Origin: an uncultured bacterium
GTDB lineage: Bacteria > Zixibacteria > MSB-5A5 > CAIYYT01
Direction of reading: 5' to 3'
Assembly: GCA_963726455.1 (NCBI GenBank)
Contig: CAVSCK010000005.1
Span: 256,001-320,000 of the forward strand
DNA length: 64,000 bases
The notes under the pieces were generated by a model, which was not told the origin of the DNA, searched no databases, and was given only the letters and a program-made list of their open reading frames with translations. A program made the position numbers and the translations under genes. Positions 47,789 through 58,955 of the stretch are shown here, one piece after another. Positions within the stretch are counted from its first letter, which is position 1; each line of letters starts with the position of its first letter.

Positions 47789-48609
47789 AGCTTTATCCTT
47801 TCGATCACGGCAGCGATCATCTCCGTCATTTTCGGTTCAGCAATATCTGCTGCCGCCAAAATCTTCTGATGACTGCAAGGATGGAGATTATCCGGCAATC
47901 CCATATCAGATATTATCGAAACACCGAGGACTTTTGTTCCCTGATGCCGCGCCACAATTACTTCCGGCACGGTGGACATACCGACCTGGTCGGCGCCCAT
48001 GGTCCGCAACATGCGATATTCGGCGGCCGTTTCCAAATTCGGTCCGGTTACGCCGACATAGACACCGCGATTGACTTTGTAACCCAGTTTCAGCGCGGTT
48101 TCCTCGGCGAGGTTGACCAGATCCTTGTCATAGCAATTGTACATATCAGGGAAACGCGGTCCCAACTTGTCGTCGTTGCGCCCTAACAGCGGATTCTGGC
48201 CCGAGAAATTGATATGATCTGTGATCAGCACCATGTCGCCGATATTGAATTGCGGATTGAGTCCGCCGGAAGCGTTGCACACAATCAAGAGTTGAATACC
48301 GAGAGCTTTCATTACCCTCACCGGGAACGTCACCTGATCCATCGAGTAGCCCTCGTAGAAGTGAAACCGTCCCTGCATGGCCACAACCTTCTTGCCGCTA
48401 AGACTTCCGAAGATCAATCGCCCGGCATGGCCTTCGACCGTGGAGACCGCAAAATGCGGTATCTGGTCGTAGGAAATCGTGCTCTCGACCGTGATCTTTT
48501 CCGCCAGCCGGCCTAGGCCGGTGCCGAGGATGATACCGATGTCGGGCGTCAATTTCGTCTTGGACTTGATAAAGCCGGTAGCTTCGTTAATTTGATCAAT
48601 TAGCGTCAT
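47785..48609 (-). CDS. punA: Purine-nucleoside phosphorylase (trimeric type)
   Basis: ILGTGLG, GHAG, QGRFHFYEG, GPNLETAAE and GMSTVPE motifs. Confidence 0.93.
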   Translation of the reverse strand: MTLIDQINEATGFIKSKTKLTPDIGIILGTGLGRLAEKITVESTISYDQIPHFAVSTVEGHAGRLIFGSLSGKKVVAMQGRFHFYEGYSMDQVTFPVRVMKALGIQLLIVCNASGGLNPQFNIGDMVLITDHINFSGQNPLLGRNDDKLGPRFPDMYNCYDKDLVNLAEETALKLGYKVNRGVYVGVTGPNLETAAEYRMLRTMGADQVGMSTVPEVIVARHQGTKVLGVSIISDMGLPDNLHPCSHQKILAAADIAEPKMTEMIAAVIERIKL

Positions 48610-48678
48610 GGTCTGTCTCCGTGTTATCTTTTCTGCGGGGCTGCATCTCTATTGCCCGAACTGGCCTGAAACCGCGTG

Positions 48679-49176
48679 TCATTCCTCGTGTGTTGTGACC
48701 AGTTCCGATTCGGGGGAGGTTTCCTGGTCGATCTTCTGCCGTTCCTCGATCATGTGATAGTGTCCCTCGATCAGCGACTTCAGTTCTGCCAGAAAACGGG
48801 CTTTTTGCATGCGGATAGAGGCAATTTCCAATTTGATTCTGTCGACCTCATTCATGTACTCGGCCTGTAGCTGTTTGCAGACGGCATCGGTCTCCTGCAG
48901 GCGAGCTTCCGATTCGCGCTGTGCGGCCTTCTGGGTGGCTTCGGCGGCCTGCTGCGCCGTCACGATGGAGTCCTTGAGGACCTGTTCGATATTCCGGTAA
49001 CTGCCGAGCCGTTCCTCCAACTGCCTGACTTGCCGCTGAAGTTCGGTATTGGCATCGATAAGCTTTTCCAATTCGGTTGCGGCCTCGGCAATGATCGAAT
49101 CGACGTAGAACGGATCATAGCCGCGGAACTTCCGTTCGAATCTCATGTTGCGCAATTCCACCGGCGTTATTGTCAT
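48679..49176 (-). CDS. divIVA: DivIVA-domain protein
   Basis: ITPVEL...FERKFRGYD followed by coiled coil. Confidence 0.88.
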   Translation of the reverse strand: MTITPVELRNMRFERKFRGYDPFYVDSIIAEAATELEKLIDANTELQRQVRQLEERLGSYRNIEQVLKDSIVTAQQAAEATQKAAQRESEARLQETDAVCKQLQAEYMNEVDRIKLEIASIRMQKARFLAELKSLIEGHYHMIEERQKIDQETSPESELVTTHEE

Positions 49177-49190
49177 AGCGACATCCTTTC

Positions 49191-49892
49191 CTATGCAGGC
49201 CTTGATCCAAACAGCGCCCGCCCGACGCGAATCATCGTTGCGCCTTCCTGCACAGCGATCTCGTAATCATCGGACATTCCCATCGACAGCACCGTAAATT
49301 CATTCTTGTCAGGGTGGCTTGCCCTGATGCGATCAAACAAGCGACGCAATTCGGCGAATGACTCGCGAATAGCATCTCGATCTTCGGTCAGCGGCCCGAC
49401 CGTCATCAATCCGGTCAGCCGCATATGTTCTAGTTCGAGCACCCTGGCCGCCGCAGCTTCCACATCCCGCAACGCGAATCCATATTTCTGCGGTTCGCCG
49501 GAAGTATTCACCTCGAGCAATATCTCGCCGGGCTTTCCCCGCCGCGAACACTCACTATCGAGAATCTCGGCGAGCCGGAGCGAATCTACGGATTGAATCA
49601 CGTCGAACAATTCGACGGCATCTCGAGACTTATTGCTCTGGAGATGACCGATCATGTGCAACCGGAAATCCCGTTTCACACCGGCGAATTTGCGCTCGGC
49701 CTCCTGGACCCGGTTCTCACCAATACTCGTCATCCCGGCAGCCACGGCCGCAGCTACATCAGCCAGCGGTCGCGTCTTGGTGACGGCTACAACCGTAAGC
49801 TCGGCAGCGCTGCGACCGCAACGATCGGCGATTTCTCCGAGTTTCGCCAGAAACTCGCGGCAGTTTTGCTCCAGAGTTGTTTCGCCGCCCAT
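49191..49892 (-). CDS. yggS: YggS family pyridoxal phosphate homeostasis protein
   Basis: AVTK, GENRVQE, HMIGHLQSNK, GLMT, SMGMSDD and RVGRALFG motifs. Confidence 0.95.
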   Translation of the reverse strand: MGGETTLEQNCREFLAKLGEIADRCGRSAAELTVVAVTKTRPLADVAAAVAAGMTSIGENRVQEAERKFAGVKRDFRLHMIGHLQSNKSRDAVELFDVIQSVDSLRLAEILDSECSRRGKPGEILLEVNTSGEPQKYGFALRDVEAAAARVLELEHMRLTGLMTVGPLTEDRDAIRESFAELRRLFDRIRASHPDKNEFTVLSMGMSDDYEIAVQEGATMIRVGRALFGSRPA

Positions 49893-49989
49893 AGCGTTAC
49901 AGGATTATACGGTAGGCCGCATGGTGACGCAACGAAAAGTTTGGCGACAGTTTTGGGGGATTATCTGATTGACTAGTGGGCGCGGACGG

Positions 49990-50349
49990 CTATAGAAATT
50001 GCTCAACGACCGATTGAATATCGGTCATTTTAAACGGTTTGTGGATAAACCCGTTGGCAAGGCCCTCGACGACCTGCCCTTCGCTGGACGAATAGTTGTA
50101 GCCGGAGATTACGATTACCGGGAGATTCGGGCGTTTGCTTTTGATCGCCGTGAGCAGTTCCGTGCCGGACATTTTGGGCATTTTCAGGTCGGTGATGACC
50201 AGCGCGAAGTCTTCCGCCTGCAACAATTCCAGTGCCGATTCACCGTCGTTGCTGATACGGCTCTTGAGATCGAAAACATCGAGCATCTCGGACAGCAGAG
50301 ATGCCATGTTCGGATTGTCGTCAACTATTAAGATTTCACGTTTTGCCAT
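49990..50349 (-). CDS. Single-domain response regulator (CheY-like)
   Basis: IVDD, TDLKMP, ISG and KPF motifs. Confidence 0.92.
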   Translation of the reverse strand: MAKREILIVDDNPNMASLLSEMLDVFDLKSRISNDGESALELLQAEDFALVITDLKMPKMSGTELLTAIKSKRPNLPVIVISGYNYSSSEGQVVEGLANGFIHKPFKMTDIQSVVEQFL

Positions 50350-51484
50350 AACTGTTATCGTGGTTCTGCTTAGAACCTCTTATTTCTTTTTCGGCATAAG
50401 AGGTAAGAAACATAAGCAGTTTGTCGACTCCAGTTTGAGTTTTGGCCGAAACCACGAAAGTGCGCGCAGGACTAAAGTTTACGTCGAGTGTAGGCAGGTC
50501 GGCGACATCAATCAAATCGCTCTTGTTCAAAAGCAGTACTCGCGGCACTTTTTCAGCGCCAAGCTGCTCCAGAACCTCTAAGGTCTTCCGGAAATGATCG
50601 TCGCAATTGGGGTGAGATACGTCGACTACAAGTAAGAGCAGGTTGGCGTATTTGACCTCGTCCAGTGTTGACGCAAACGATGCCACCAGTTCGTGCGGCA
50701 GTTTCTTGATGAAACCCACGGTGTCCGAAATCACGATTCGACGCTGGTTATTCAATGGCAAATAACGAGTTACGGCATCGAGCGTGCAGAACAATTTGTC
50801 GTCGGCCCAGACGCCGGCATTGGTGAGCACATTAAACAAAGTGGATTTGCCGGCATTCGTGTAGCCGACAATGGCAATCTTGAAAATGTCCATTCGGCGC
50901 TGGCGCTGTGTGCCTCGCTGACGGTCGATTTTGTCCAGGCGCTCTCTCAGCTTGGCGATCTTTAGCTTCGCGTCGCGGCGGTCGGCCTCGAGCTGTGTTT
51001 CGCCGGGACCGCGCGTGCCGACTCCGCCCCACTGCTTGCTCATGTGCGTCCACATTCGCGTCAGCCGAGGCAGCAAGTATTGTAATTGCGCGAGTTCTAC
51101 CTGAATTTTCGCTTCCGCCGTGTGGGCACGTTTGGCGAAGATGTCGAGGATCAGATTCCCCCGGTCGATAACCTTGACCTCCAGCTCTTTCTCAAGGTTC
51201 TTAACCTGGCTGGCCGAGAGCTGTTCATCAAAAACCACCAGCGTTGCCGAAGTCGCCCCGATCAGTTCCTTCAGTTCGGCAACTTTGCCGGCGCCGATAA
51301 ACGAATGACCGTCGGGCACAGGACGTTTTTGAGTGACGATACCCACGACATTGGCGTCGGCGGAGAGAATAAGCTCCTTGAGCTCTTCCAGCGATTCGCG
51401 GAAGGCGGCGTCATCTATGTCGCGTAACTGCACGCCGACAACGATTGCGGCCTCGGATTCTTTCTTGATATCAAAAAGTCGCAG
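50336..51484 (-). CDS. hflX: GTPase HflX (probable CTG start)
   Basis: GPGETQLE, GYTNAGKST, DTVGF and NKSD motifs. The frame extends to CTG 51484 after a GAGGA RBS. Confidence 0.95.
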   Translation of the reverse strand: MRLFDIKKESEAAIVVGVQLRDIDDAAFRESLEELKELILSADANVVGIVTQKRPVPDGHSFIGAGKVAELKELIGATSATLVVFDEQLSASQVKNLEKELEVKVIDRGNLILDIFAKRAHTAEAKIQVELAQLQYLLPRLTRMWTHMSKQWGGVGTRGPGETQLEADRRDAKLKIAKLRERLDKIDRQRGTQRQRRMDIFKIAIVGYTNAGKSTLFNVLTNAGVWADDKLFCTLDAVTRYLPLNNQRRIVISDTVGFIKKLPHELVASFASTLDEVKYANLLLLVVDVSHPNCDDHFRKTLEVLEQLGAEKVPRVLLLNKSDLIDVADLPTLDVNFSPARTFVVSAKTQTGVDKLLMFLTSYAEKEIRGSKQNHDNSYGKT

Positions 51485-51489
51485 GAGGG

Positions 51490-51756
51490 TTAGTCCTCAT
51501 GAAAACGTTCCTCACCGGTCAACTGCACGAACTCGACGCGGTCTTCCTTCTTGATATTGCCGTGTGGTACATCCAGCACGGTATACGTACAGCGGCGGTC
51601 GTGGAATTTGACCGAGAAGATATTGCCCAGCAAAATTTCGTGGGAAGCTTTGGCTTTGCGGCCGTCGATTTCCACCGCGCCCCGGTCGCAAAGTTCTTTG
51701 GCGAGACTGCGGCGTTTAACGATGCCCGTTTTTTGAAGGAATTGATCGAGCCGCAT
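51490..51756 (-). CDS. S4-domain RNA-binding protein (Hsp15/RqcP-like)
   Basis: MRLDQFL...KRRSLAKELCDRG...KAS. Confidence 0.9.
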   Translation of the reverse strand: MRLDQFLQKTGIVKRRSLAKELCDRGAVEIDGRKAKASHEILLGNIFSVKFHDRRCTYTVLDVPHGNIKKEDRVEFVQLTGEERFHED

Positions 51757-53055
51757 CAAAAACTGCGCAGTTCCAGGTAGACCTTATCCTTCATTTCGTC
51801 GACAATTTGCGAAATGACGACCTGCGATTTTTGGCGGCGTGCCATTTCCTTTAAGCAAGTCCCAGTCCTCTGTCGGCGAAACCGGGCGCGAGGTCTTGCG
51901 ATCGAGTAGCTTGATGACATGCAGGCCGTCGGATGACCAGATCGGTGCGCTCAACTCTCCTGCTTTCATTGTATCCAGCGCTGCCTTGAACTGCGGCGGC
52001 AATTGCTCCTCCGCCAGCCAACCCAACTCGCCGAAATTTGCGCGGGTAGTGCTATCGGTCGAGTACTCTTTCACGAGCGCGCCAAAATCCTCGCCCTTCC
52101 GAATCCGATCCAACAACTGATTTGCCAGAGTCATGACGGATGCGCTGTCGGCAGGCGTTGGCTTATTGAGCAGCAGGATATGCTTCACTTCGTATTGGTC
52201 GCCGCTGCGAGCCATCAGCTTGATAATATGATAACCCAACGGGGTCTTGACCACATCAGAAACGCCTCCGGGAGTGAGCGACAGAGCGGCCCTTTCAAAC
52301 TCAGGCATCAAGTCGCCCTTCCGTACGGTACCGATTTCGCCACCGGAGGCAGCCGATGCATCCTGGGAGTACTGTTTGGCCAGATCCTCGAACGACCCGC
52401 CACTTCTGATTCGCTCCAGAATGGAATTCGCCAGGTTGAAAAGCGAATCGGACGTCGACTTCGAAACCGTCGGCACCAGTAGAATATGAGCGACTTTGAC
52501 CTGCGCCGGCTGTGGCGGGATGCTGTCGCGGTATGTCTTGTAAAATTGGTCGACCTCGTCTTTGCCGACGGATACTTTGCCCAACAACTTGTTGATAAGT
52601 TTCTGCTTGAGGATTTGCTCGCGGGCTTCCTCGCGCAGTTTGGCCTTCAGTTCGCGCATGGTGTAGCCCTCTGCCACCACTTGCTGTTCGAATGCTGCCT
52701 CGGTCGGGAAACGGCTCTTCAACTCGTCCAGGCGCGTATTCAGTGCTTCGTCGACTTCTTCATCACTGACAGTTACCGTCGTATCCTGCATCGCCTTGAT
52801 CAGGATCAGGCGGTCGTCGATCATTTGGCTGAGAATCTGTTGCTTGAGCTTGTGCGCCTCGGCATCTACCGGGACTTTGGATCCCGTTTGGACGGCATAT
52901 AGCTGAAGCTGGAATTCCAGCTCCGATGCCAGAATCACTTTGTCGCCGACGACGGCGACGATCTTGTCAAGCGGTTCCCAGGCATATAGCGCCGGGGCCA
53001 CGGCGAAGATCAACAGCGCCACCGCGAATAGGAAGGTGCTAACTCTTCTTTTCAT
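51756..53055 (-). CDS. surA: SurA-like periplasmic chaperone/PPIase, +1 frameshift at 51850-51852
   Basis: DKIVAVV N-terminal domain and two parvulin domains (HIL, YSQD...GG). Removing one A restores KEMARRQK...VYLELRSF*, whose stop overlaps the next ATG. Confidence 0.87.
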
Positions 53056-54778
53056 ACTTGGACTTGTCAATGGAATTCCTCAGGACATCCTCGAATATCT
53101 TGATATCGGTTTTGGCGCGCTGCTGTTTCAACCAATCGAGCGTAAGGTTAACGCGTTTCGTTTCCATCACCTTTGCTTTGACCTGGCCACTAACCGAATC
53201 AAGCGGCACCAACATCGGTTGCTTGGCATCGACCAATTTAATGATTGAGAATTTTCCCTCGTCGTTTTGGATCACGTCGGATAGTTGTCCCTTTTCCAGG
53301 ACTCTGGCGGCTTCGCACAGCTTCGGAAAACTCACGACCGTGACGAATCCGATATCGCCCTTGTTCTGCCGGCCACCTACCCGCACCGTGTATTGTGACG
53401 CCAGCGTGCCGAAATCGGCTCCGGCCGTCAACTGCTGATGCACTCGCGATGCTTCCAGACTCGAATCGAGTTCGATTTCCATCAGGTGATATGCCATGGG
53501 GGTCGTGAATTCCTGGGTGTGCGAGTCGTAATACTGCGTGACTTCGTTCTCGCTGGCGGTCACATCTTTTGTCAAAATCGAGCGACGGAATTTATCATTC
53601 ATTATGCCTTCGCGGAATTCAGTCAAACGCTTCTGATAATCCGCCTCCTGTTCGACGTTACGCTGGCCCGCCTCGTATTCCATGATGTTGCGCAACTCAA
53701 GCTGGAAGATGATGGCCTTGAGACTGTCGGGCTTGTCGAAACGGGGACGAAATGCTTCCTGAACGTTGGCAATCTTCTTAAGGTAATCCTCCACCGTGAC
53801 CTCGCCACCCTGATAACTGGCCAAGACCATTTGACGTTCGAACGGCTTGAGCAAGTCGATCTGGGGGAAATAGTTGTCAGGACGCTGGGCGCCGCCCAAC
53901 TGTTTCGGATAGAACTCATTCAGCCGGTCGATCAGCATCTGTGTGGCCTCGGGATTGATTTCTACTTTGGCCTTTTCTTCAATCTGGCGCAGGAATTCCG
54001 ACTCGGCGGTATTGGACTTGCGTGATTTGATCAGCTCACGAATAATCGGGTACAATTGCTCCTTGGTGCCGATGTTTTGAGCAGGACGTGTTTCGATCAC
54101 CTTGATTATGTGCCAGCCGTACGGAGTCTTGACGGGCGCAGATACTTGGCCGACCTGCAAACTGAAGCCGGCATCGCGGAACGACTCGTCCAACTGAGAG
54201 CCCCAACTGGCAAATCCAAGGTCACCGCCCTTGACCGCGGAGGCCTGATCCTCCGACAAAGTGCGCGCGATCGCGCCAAAGTCGGCCCCTCTCTTGAGTT
54301 CGGCTTCGATACTATCCGCCTGGGATTTACTGGTCACAAGAATGTGTGCAAAGTGATATTCGGTTTGCAGCCTATCCCAGAACTCGTCGACTTCCTTATC
54401 GGTTACCTGAATCTTGGGGACAATCTCCTGCCGATACAACTCATCGAACATGAAATTGGTCTTATCCGCGTTTACCAACTGGTCGACCTCGGCGTCTTTG
54501 TCCAATCCGGCGGAGTAGGCGCCCTTGACCATCAGCTTGTAGTCAATCAGACTATCGAGGGCATCCCGCTTGGCGCGGTATTCCTCATCGGCGGACGTGA
54601 ACGTCGCACCAATCTTGTCGAAAAAGCCGTTGACCACGGAGAGAGGTATATCCTCGCCGCCGACCACGGCAACAATCGGTTCTTTTTTGCTCTTGCTGCA
54701 GGCGACCGCGATAGCCAGCACCACCAGGAAGAGGAGGATGAGTGAATAGTATGGGGTTCGTTTCATTAGTTTCCTCAT
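53039..54778 (-). CDS. Lipoprotein peptidyl-prolyl isomerase with two parvulin domains
   Basis: Lipobox AVAC; HILV, KGGDLG, PVKTPYGWHIIK and KGDIG motifs. Confidence 0.87.
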   Translation of the reverse strand: MRKLMKRTPYYSLILLFLVVLAIAVACSKSKKEPIVAVVGGEDIPLSVVNGFFDKIGATFTSADEEYRAKRDALDSLIDYKLMVKGAYSAGLDKDAEVDQLVNADKTNFMFDELYRQEIVPKIQVTDKEVDEFWDRLQTEYHFAHILVTSKSQADSIEAELKRGADFGAIARTLSEDQASAVKGGDLGFASWGSQLDESFRDAGFSLQVGQVSAPVKTPYGWHIIKVIETRPAQNIGTKEQLYPIIRELIKSRKSNTAESEFLRQIEEKAKVEINPEATQMLIDRLNEFYPKQLGGAQRPDNYFPQIDLLKPFERQMVLASYQGGEVTVEDYLKKIANVQEAFRPRFDKPDSLKAIIFQLELRNIMEYEAGQRNVEQEADYQKRLTEFREGIMNDKFRRSILTKDVTASENEVTQYYDSHTQEFTTPMAYHLMEIELDSSLEASRVHQQLTAGADFGTLASQYTVRVGGRQNKGDIGFVTVVSFPKLCEAARVLEKGQLSDVIQNDEGKFSIIKLVDAKQPMLVPLDSVSGQVKAKVMETKRVNLTLDWLKQQRAKTDIKIFEDVLRNSIDKSKYEKKS

Positions 54779-54827
54779 TGTTCTAATCTTACACCTGTGT
54801 CGCGGGAATGATCCCTCGGCCAATCCC

Positions 54828-57800
54828 TCAAGTTACTGAATGGCGCAGTATTGGCAACAGCTTTTTGGCCTCTTGTAACGGCCGCACGCCGTCCTGAGGA
54901 AAGGAGATCTTTATGATAAAGCCCTCGGACGCGTCGAACTCCATCTTGTAAGGAGCCGCCACGCGGAGATTCTCGATCTGCTTTTTGGTCGGCAGGTTGC
55001 CGGCGCCATAGGCGAAAGTGAGTTGCGTCTTATGTAAGCGTACTTTGCCAATGTACGATCTCTGCGCCAACAGTTTTACCGCCATGACATCCAACAGGTT
55101 CTCGACTTCAGCGCCGTACTGGCCGAAACGATCCACAAGCTCCGCCTGCACGGCCTCCAGGTCGGCGACGGATTTCGCATCGGAAATCTTGCGATAAATG
55201 TCGACCCGTTGGCGGCTGTCTTCGATGTATTCCTCCGAGATATAGGCATCGCAATCGATGTCCAGTTTTACCTCGAAATCGTGCTCTATCTTTTCGCCCT
55301 TGAGTTCGGCGACCGCCTCTTCCAACAGGCGGCAATACAGGTCGAATCCGACCTCTTCGATAAAACCATGCTGCTGCGGGCCGAGCATGTTGCCGGCGCC
55401 GCGGATTTCGAGATCCTTCATGGCCAGATGGAAGCCGCTTCCCAGTTCGGTATGCTGCTCGATGGCTTTCAGCCGCTTGCGTGCCGTGTCAGTGAGTTGT
55501 TTGAACGGCGGCACCAGCAGGTAAGCGTACGCCCGTTCCTGGGATCTTCCGACGCGTCCGCGCAATTGGTATAGCTGCGCCAGCCCGAAACGGTCGGCGC
55601 GATTGATAACGATTGTATTCACGTTGGGGATATCAATGCCGGACTCGATAATGGCACTCGTCAGCAGAACATCGTAATCTTTGTTAAGGAATCCCAACAT
55701 CACTTCTTCGAGCTCATGTTCCGGCATCTGGCCGTGCGCCACGGCGATTCGGATATGCTTGAGCAGCTTGCTTAGATAGCGGTGCATCGACTCGATAGTC
55801 TCGACGCGGTTGTGAACGAAGTAAACTTGTCCCTTGCGCGACACTTCGTAATTGATGGCTTCGTAAATCACCTTGGGATCAAATTCGCAAATCTCCGTGA
55901 TAATCGACTGCCGCTCCTTGGGCGAAGTATTGATAATGGACATGTCGCGCGCGCCCAGTAATGACATTTGCAGAGTTCGCGGGATGGGCGTAGCCGTCAG
56001 CGTGATGCAATCGGCTACGTCGCGCAGCTTCTTCAGCTTCTCCTTGTGCGCAACCCCGAAACGCTGTTCTTCGTCGACGACGATCAGCCCCAGGTTGGGT
56101 ATCCGCATGTCTTTTTGCAGCAATCGGTGCGTCCCGATGATGATATCAACCTTCATCGACTCGACGTCGGTGACGATCTCCTTCTGTTCCCTCTTGTTCT
56201 TGAAACGCGAAAGCATATCGACTCGCACCGGCAGCTTATCCAATCGTCGCGTGAAGGTGTTCAGATGCTGTTCCGCGAGAATTGTGGTAGGCACCAGCAC
56301 TGCCACCTGCTTGCCGCCGGCGACGGCCTTGAGCGCCGCTCGAATCGCGACCTCGGTCTTGCCGAAACCGACGTCACCACACACCAGCCGGTCCATCGGC
56401 GTCGCTTGTTCCATATCTTTCTTGATAGCCGCGATGGCGGTCAACTGGTCGGGAGTCTCTTCGAATGGGAACGTGGCTTCCAACTGCTTCATCCAGTCGT
56501 CATCAGCGCCAAATGCATGACCCGGCTTCGCCCGTCGTGCCGCATACAGAGCGAGCAGTTCCTCCGCCATTTCGGCGATGGCTTTCTTGGTGCGTGCTTT
56601 GACCTTTTCCCAACCCGATCCACCCAACCGTGTCAGCTGCGGCGCTCCTTCCTTGCCGACATACTTCTGCACCCGGCTGAATTCTTCGAGCGGGACATAG
56701 AGCTTGTCGTCTCCGGCATAGGCAATCAGCAGGCATTCGCGCTTGCGGTCACCCAGATTGATTTCCCGCAGGCCGCGATAGCGCCCGATCCCGTGGTCGA
56801 CATGGACGACGAAATCTCCGATCTCCAACGCGTTGTATGAACTGATCGCGACACCCTCTTTGATCTGGCGTCGACGACGCCGTACGAAGTGCCGCTCGAA
56901 AACCTGATGGTCGGTCAAGACGACCATGTTGATTTCCGGGAACACGAAACCACGGCGTAATTCACTGACAATGAAGCTGACACGATCGCTGAATTCGACC
57001 AGCAATTCCTTCAGACGGTCACGCTGCAGCTGGTTGTCGCTGGTGATAAATATGGCCTGCTTGTCCGCCAGCCAGCGGTCAAAGGATTCGCGCAACAACG
57101 ATACCTGACCGTTGAACGACGGGTGTTCTTTCATTCCGAAATTGAGCCCGTCGGCGGATTGGCCTAACTCCTTCTGATTGATGGAAGCATATCGGTCAAG
57201 CCGGGTCGCCAGAGTCTTGTCGTTCAAATAGATGTTCTCTGGCTTGGGCGCTTTTGGCAGTATTTCTTTGGCTTGATCGAAAAGCGATTCAGCATCGCGC
57301 GCCTGCGCCTCGGCGCGTGCCTCAATCATTGCCCGGTCAACGAAATAGACTCGGCAGTCGTCCGGCAAGTAATCCGGAAGATAGTGCGCCTCAGGCGAGA
57401 ACATCGCCGCCACCCATTCCAGTCCGGGATAATCGAAACCACCCAGACACTTATCTCGCAGTATATCGGAAACGTGCGCCCCGAAGCCGTCGACTGTCTG
57501 CTCTAACTCCTCTTGCGAAACGAGGACTTCGCGCTTGGGAATAATGGCGATCTCATGGATCGGCTCAACCGATCTCTGGGTGAGCACATTGAAGTATCGC
57601 ATCGAGTCGATGAAGTCACCGAAAAACTCGCAGCGCACAGGATCTGCCGACGTAAACGGAAAGATATCCAGAATGCCGCCGCGAATCGAAAATGTGCCGA
57701 CCTCTTCGGTAATTGGCAATCGCTCATAACCGATGTCGACCAATCGCCGGGCGACATCGGTCATCTCGTATTCTTCGCCAACCACAAGGTTGAAGCACTT

Positions 57801-58235
57801 CAACTGCAGTTGATCTTTGGCGATCGTTCGTTGACTGATCGCCTCAACTGAGGCAACGACAACCAGGGGATCGCCCGATGTCAGCCGCCACAAGGTCTCC
57901 AGCCGGTCGGAGATATTCTCCAATGGCGGCGCCAACCACGAATAGGGGTGAATTCCCCAGGGCGGAAACAGTAGCGCCTTATCTTCACCGCAGATTTCGC
58001 TGAGGTCGCCGAATAAATCACGAGCTTCTCTGTCGGTGGAGGTGACGGCCAGGATCGTCTTGCCAAGCTGTTCGAACAGTTGGGTGATAACAAAAGCGCT
58101 GGCCGATCCGGCAAGACCGGCAATTTCTACCCTGTTGCTTGTCTTGGCGGACAACAACAACTGATCGAGCAGCGGGCTACGTGAAAATCCCGTTTTCAAT
58201 CGCGCTGAACGTTTTGTCGCAGAGGCACTTGTCAT
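54828..58235 (-). CDS. mfd: Transcription-repair coupling factor
   Basis: RGGILDIF, VHVDHGIGRY, CGDVGFGKT, DEEQRFG, TATPIPR and QLRGRVGR motifs. Confidence 0.97.
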   Translation of the reverse strand: MTSASATKRSARLKTGFSRSPLLDQLLLSAKTSNRVEIAGLAGSASAFVITQLFEQLGKTILAVTSTDREARDLFGDLSEICGEDKALLFPPWGIHPYSWLAPPLENISDRLETLWRLTSGDPLVVVASVEAISQRTIAKDQLQLKCFNLVVGEEYEMTDVARRLVDIGYERLPITEEVGTFSIRGGILDIFPFTSADPVRCEFFGDFIDSMRYFNVLTQRSVEPIHEIAIIPKREVLVSQEELEQTVDGFGAHVSDILRDKCLGGFDYPGLEWVAAMFSPEAHYLPDYLPDDCRVYFVDRAMIEARAEAQARDAESLFDQAKEILPKAPKPENIYLNDKTLATRLDRYASINQKELGQSADGLNFGMKEHPSFNGQVSLLRESFDRWLADKQAIFITSDNQLQRDRLKELLVEFSDRVSFIVSELRRGFVFPEINMVVLTDHQVFERHFVRRRRRQIKEGVAISSYNALEIGDFVVHVDHGIGRYRGLREINLGDRKRECLLIAYAGDDKLYVPLEEFSRVQKYVGKEGAPQLTRLGGSGWEKVKARTKKAIAEMAEELLALYAARRAKPGHAFGADDDWMKQLEATFPFEETPDQLTAIAAIKKDMEQATPMDRLVCGDVGFGKTEVAIRAALKAVAGGKQVAVLVPTTILAEQHLNTFTRRLDKLPVRVDMLSRFKNKREQKEIVTDVESMKVDIIIGTHRLLQKDMRIPNLGLIVVDEEQRFGVAHKEKLKKLRDVADCITLTATPIPRTLQMSLLGARDMSIINTSPKERQSIITEICEFDPKVIYEAINYEVSRKGQVYFVHNRVETIESMHRYLSKLLKHIRIAVAHGQMPEHELEEVMLGFLNKDYDVLLTSAIIESGIDIPNVNTIVINRADRFGLAQLYQLRGRVGRSQERAYAYLLVPPFKQLTDTARKRLKAIEQHTELGSGFHLAMKDLEIRGAGNMLGPQQHGFIEEVGFDLYCRLLEEAVAELKGEKIEHDFEVKLDIDCDAYISEEYIEDSRQRVDIYRKISDAKSVADLEAVQAELVDRFGQYGAEVENLLDVMAVKLLAQRSYIGKVRLHKTQLTFAYGAGNLPTKKQIENLRVAAPYKMEFDASEGFIIKISFPQDGVRPLQEAKKLLPILRHSVT

Positions 58236-58428
58236 ATTACAAACACAATTATCCCACTCCCGGCTCCGATATGGGGGGTGGGTCTCTTTCTTTTACAAGT
58301 TTCGACAAATCCGGACGACTCGTCAAGTACAATGTGGATCAATCCAATCGCACTAATTTTTCGGCTTGCCCAGTCCGATATCTACCAATAAGGGGTACCG
58401 CCAACGAGCCAGAACGGAGAATAGTCAT

Positions 58429-58860
58429 ATGTCCGGCAAGACAATCTTGTTCTTGGCGCTATTTGTCTTCATGGTTATCGGCGTAGTCAAGGTCTTTCGT
58501 CCTGATACTTCCGATCCGAACTCGGTCATGAAACGTTATCTCACTCATTGGGAGACGAACAACACTACCGGCATGTATCCGTTGATCTCGCAACGAGCGA
58601 AAGCGGCTTTGCTGCGCGAAAACGTGCGAAGCGTGACGGATTACTATGGCTATTTTGTCGACCACCGTGGTGATCTCACCGGGTTCAGCGTCAACTCGCA
58701 ACAAGTCAGCAGTGACAACGGCAGATTCTGGGTGACGCTCAAACTTCTGGATTACGCCGGGAGAGAATACGAGCAACCCGCCACTTTCCTGCTGGTGAAG
58801 GAACCCGAGGGCTGGCGAGTTGATGGCTGGCAGGCGGGCGCAACCTACGCACTGCCATAA
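58429..58860 (+). CDS. Membrane-anchored NTF2-like hypothetical protein
   Basis: N-terminal TM; LVKEPEGWRVD C-terminal pattern; GGAG RBS. Confidence 0.65.
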   Translation: MSGKTILFLALFVFMVIGVVKVFRPDTSDPNSVMKRYLTHWETNNTTGMYPLISQRAKAALLRENVRSVTDYYGYFVDHRGDLTGFSVNSQQVSSDNGRFWVTLKLLDYAGREYEQPATFLLVKEPEGWRVDGWQAGATYALP

Positions 58861-58955
58861 AATCTCTGCTATTAAAGCAAATAGAGTCCGAGGGGTACCA
58901 TCGCAGACACGACCTCGAACTCGATTCCCTTGAACACAAACCGTCAAGGCCAGAA

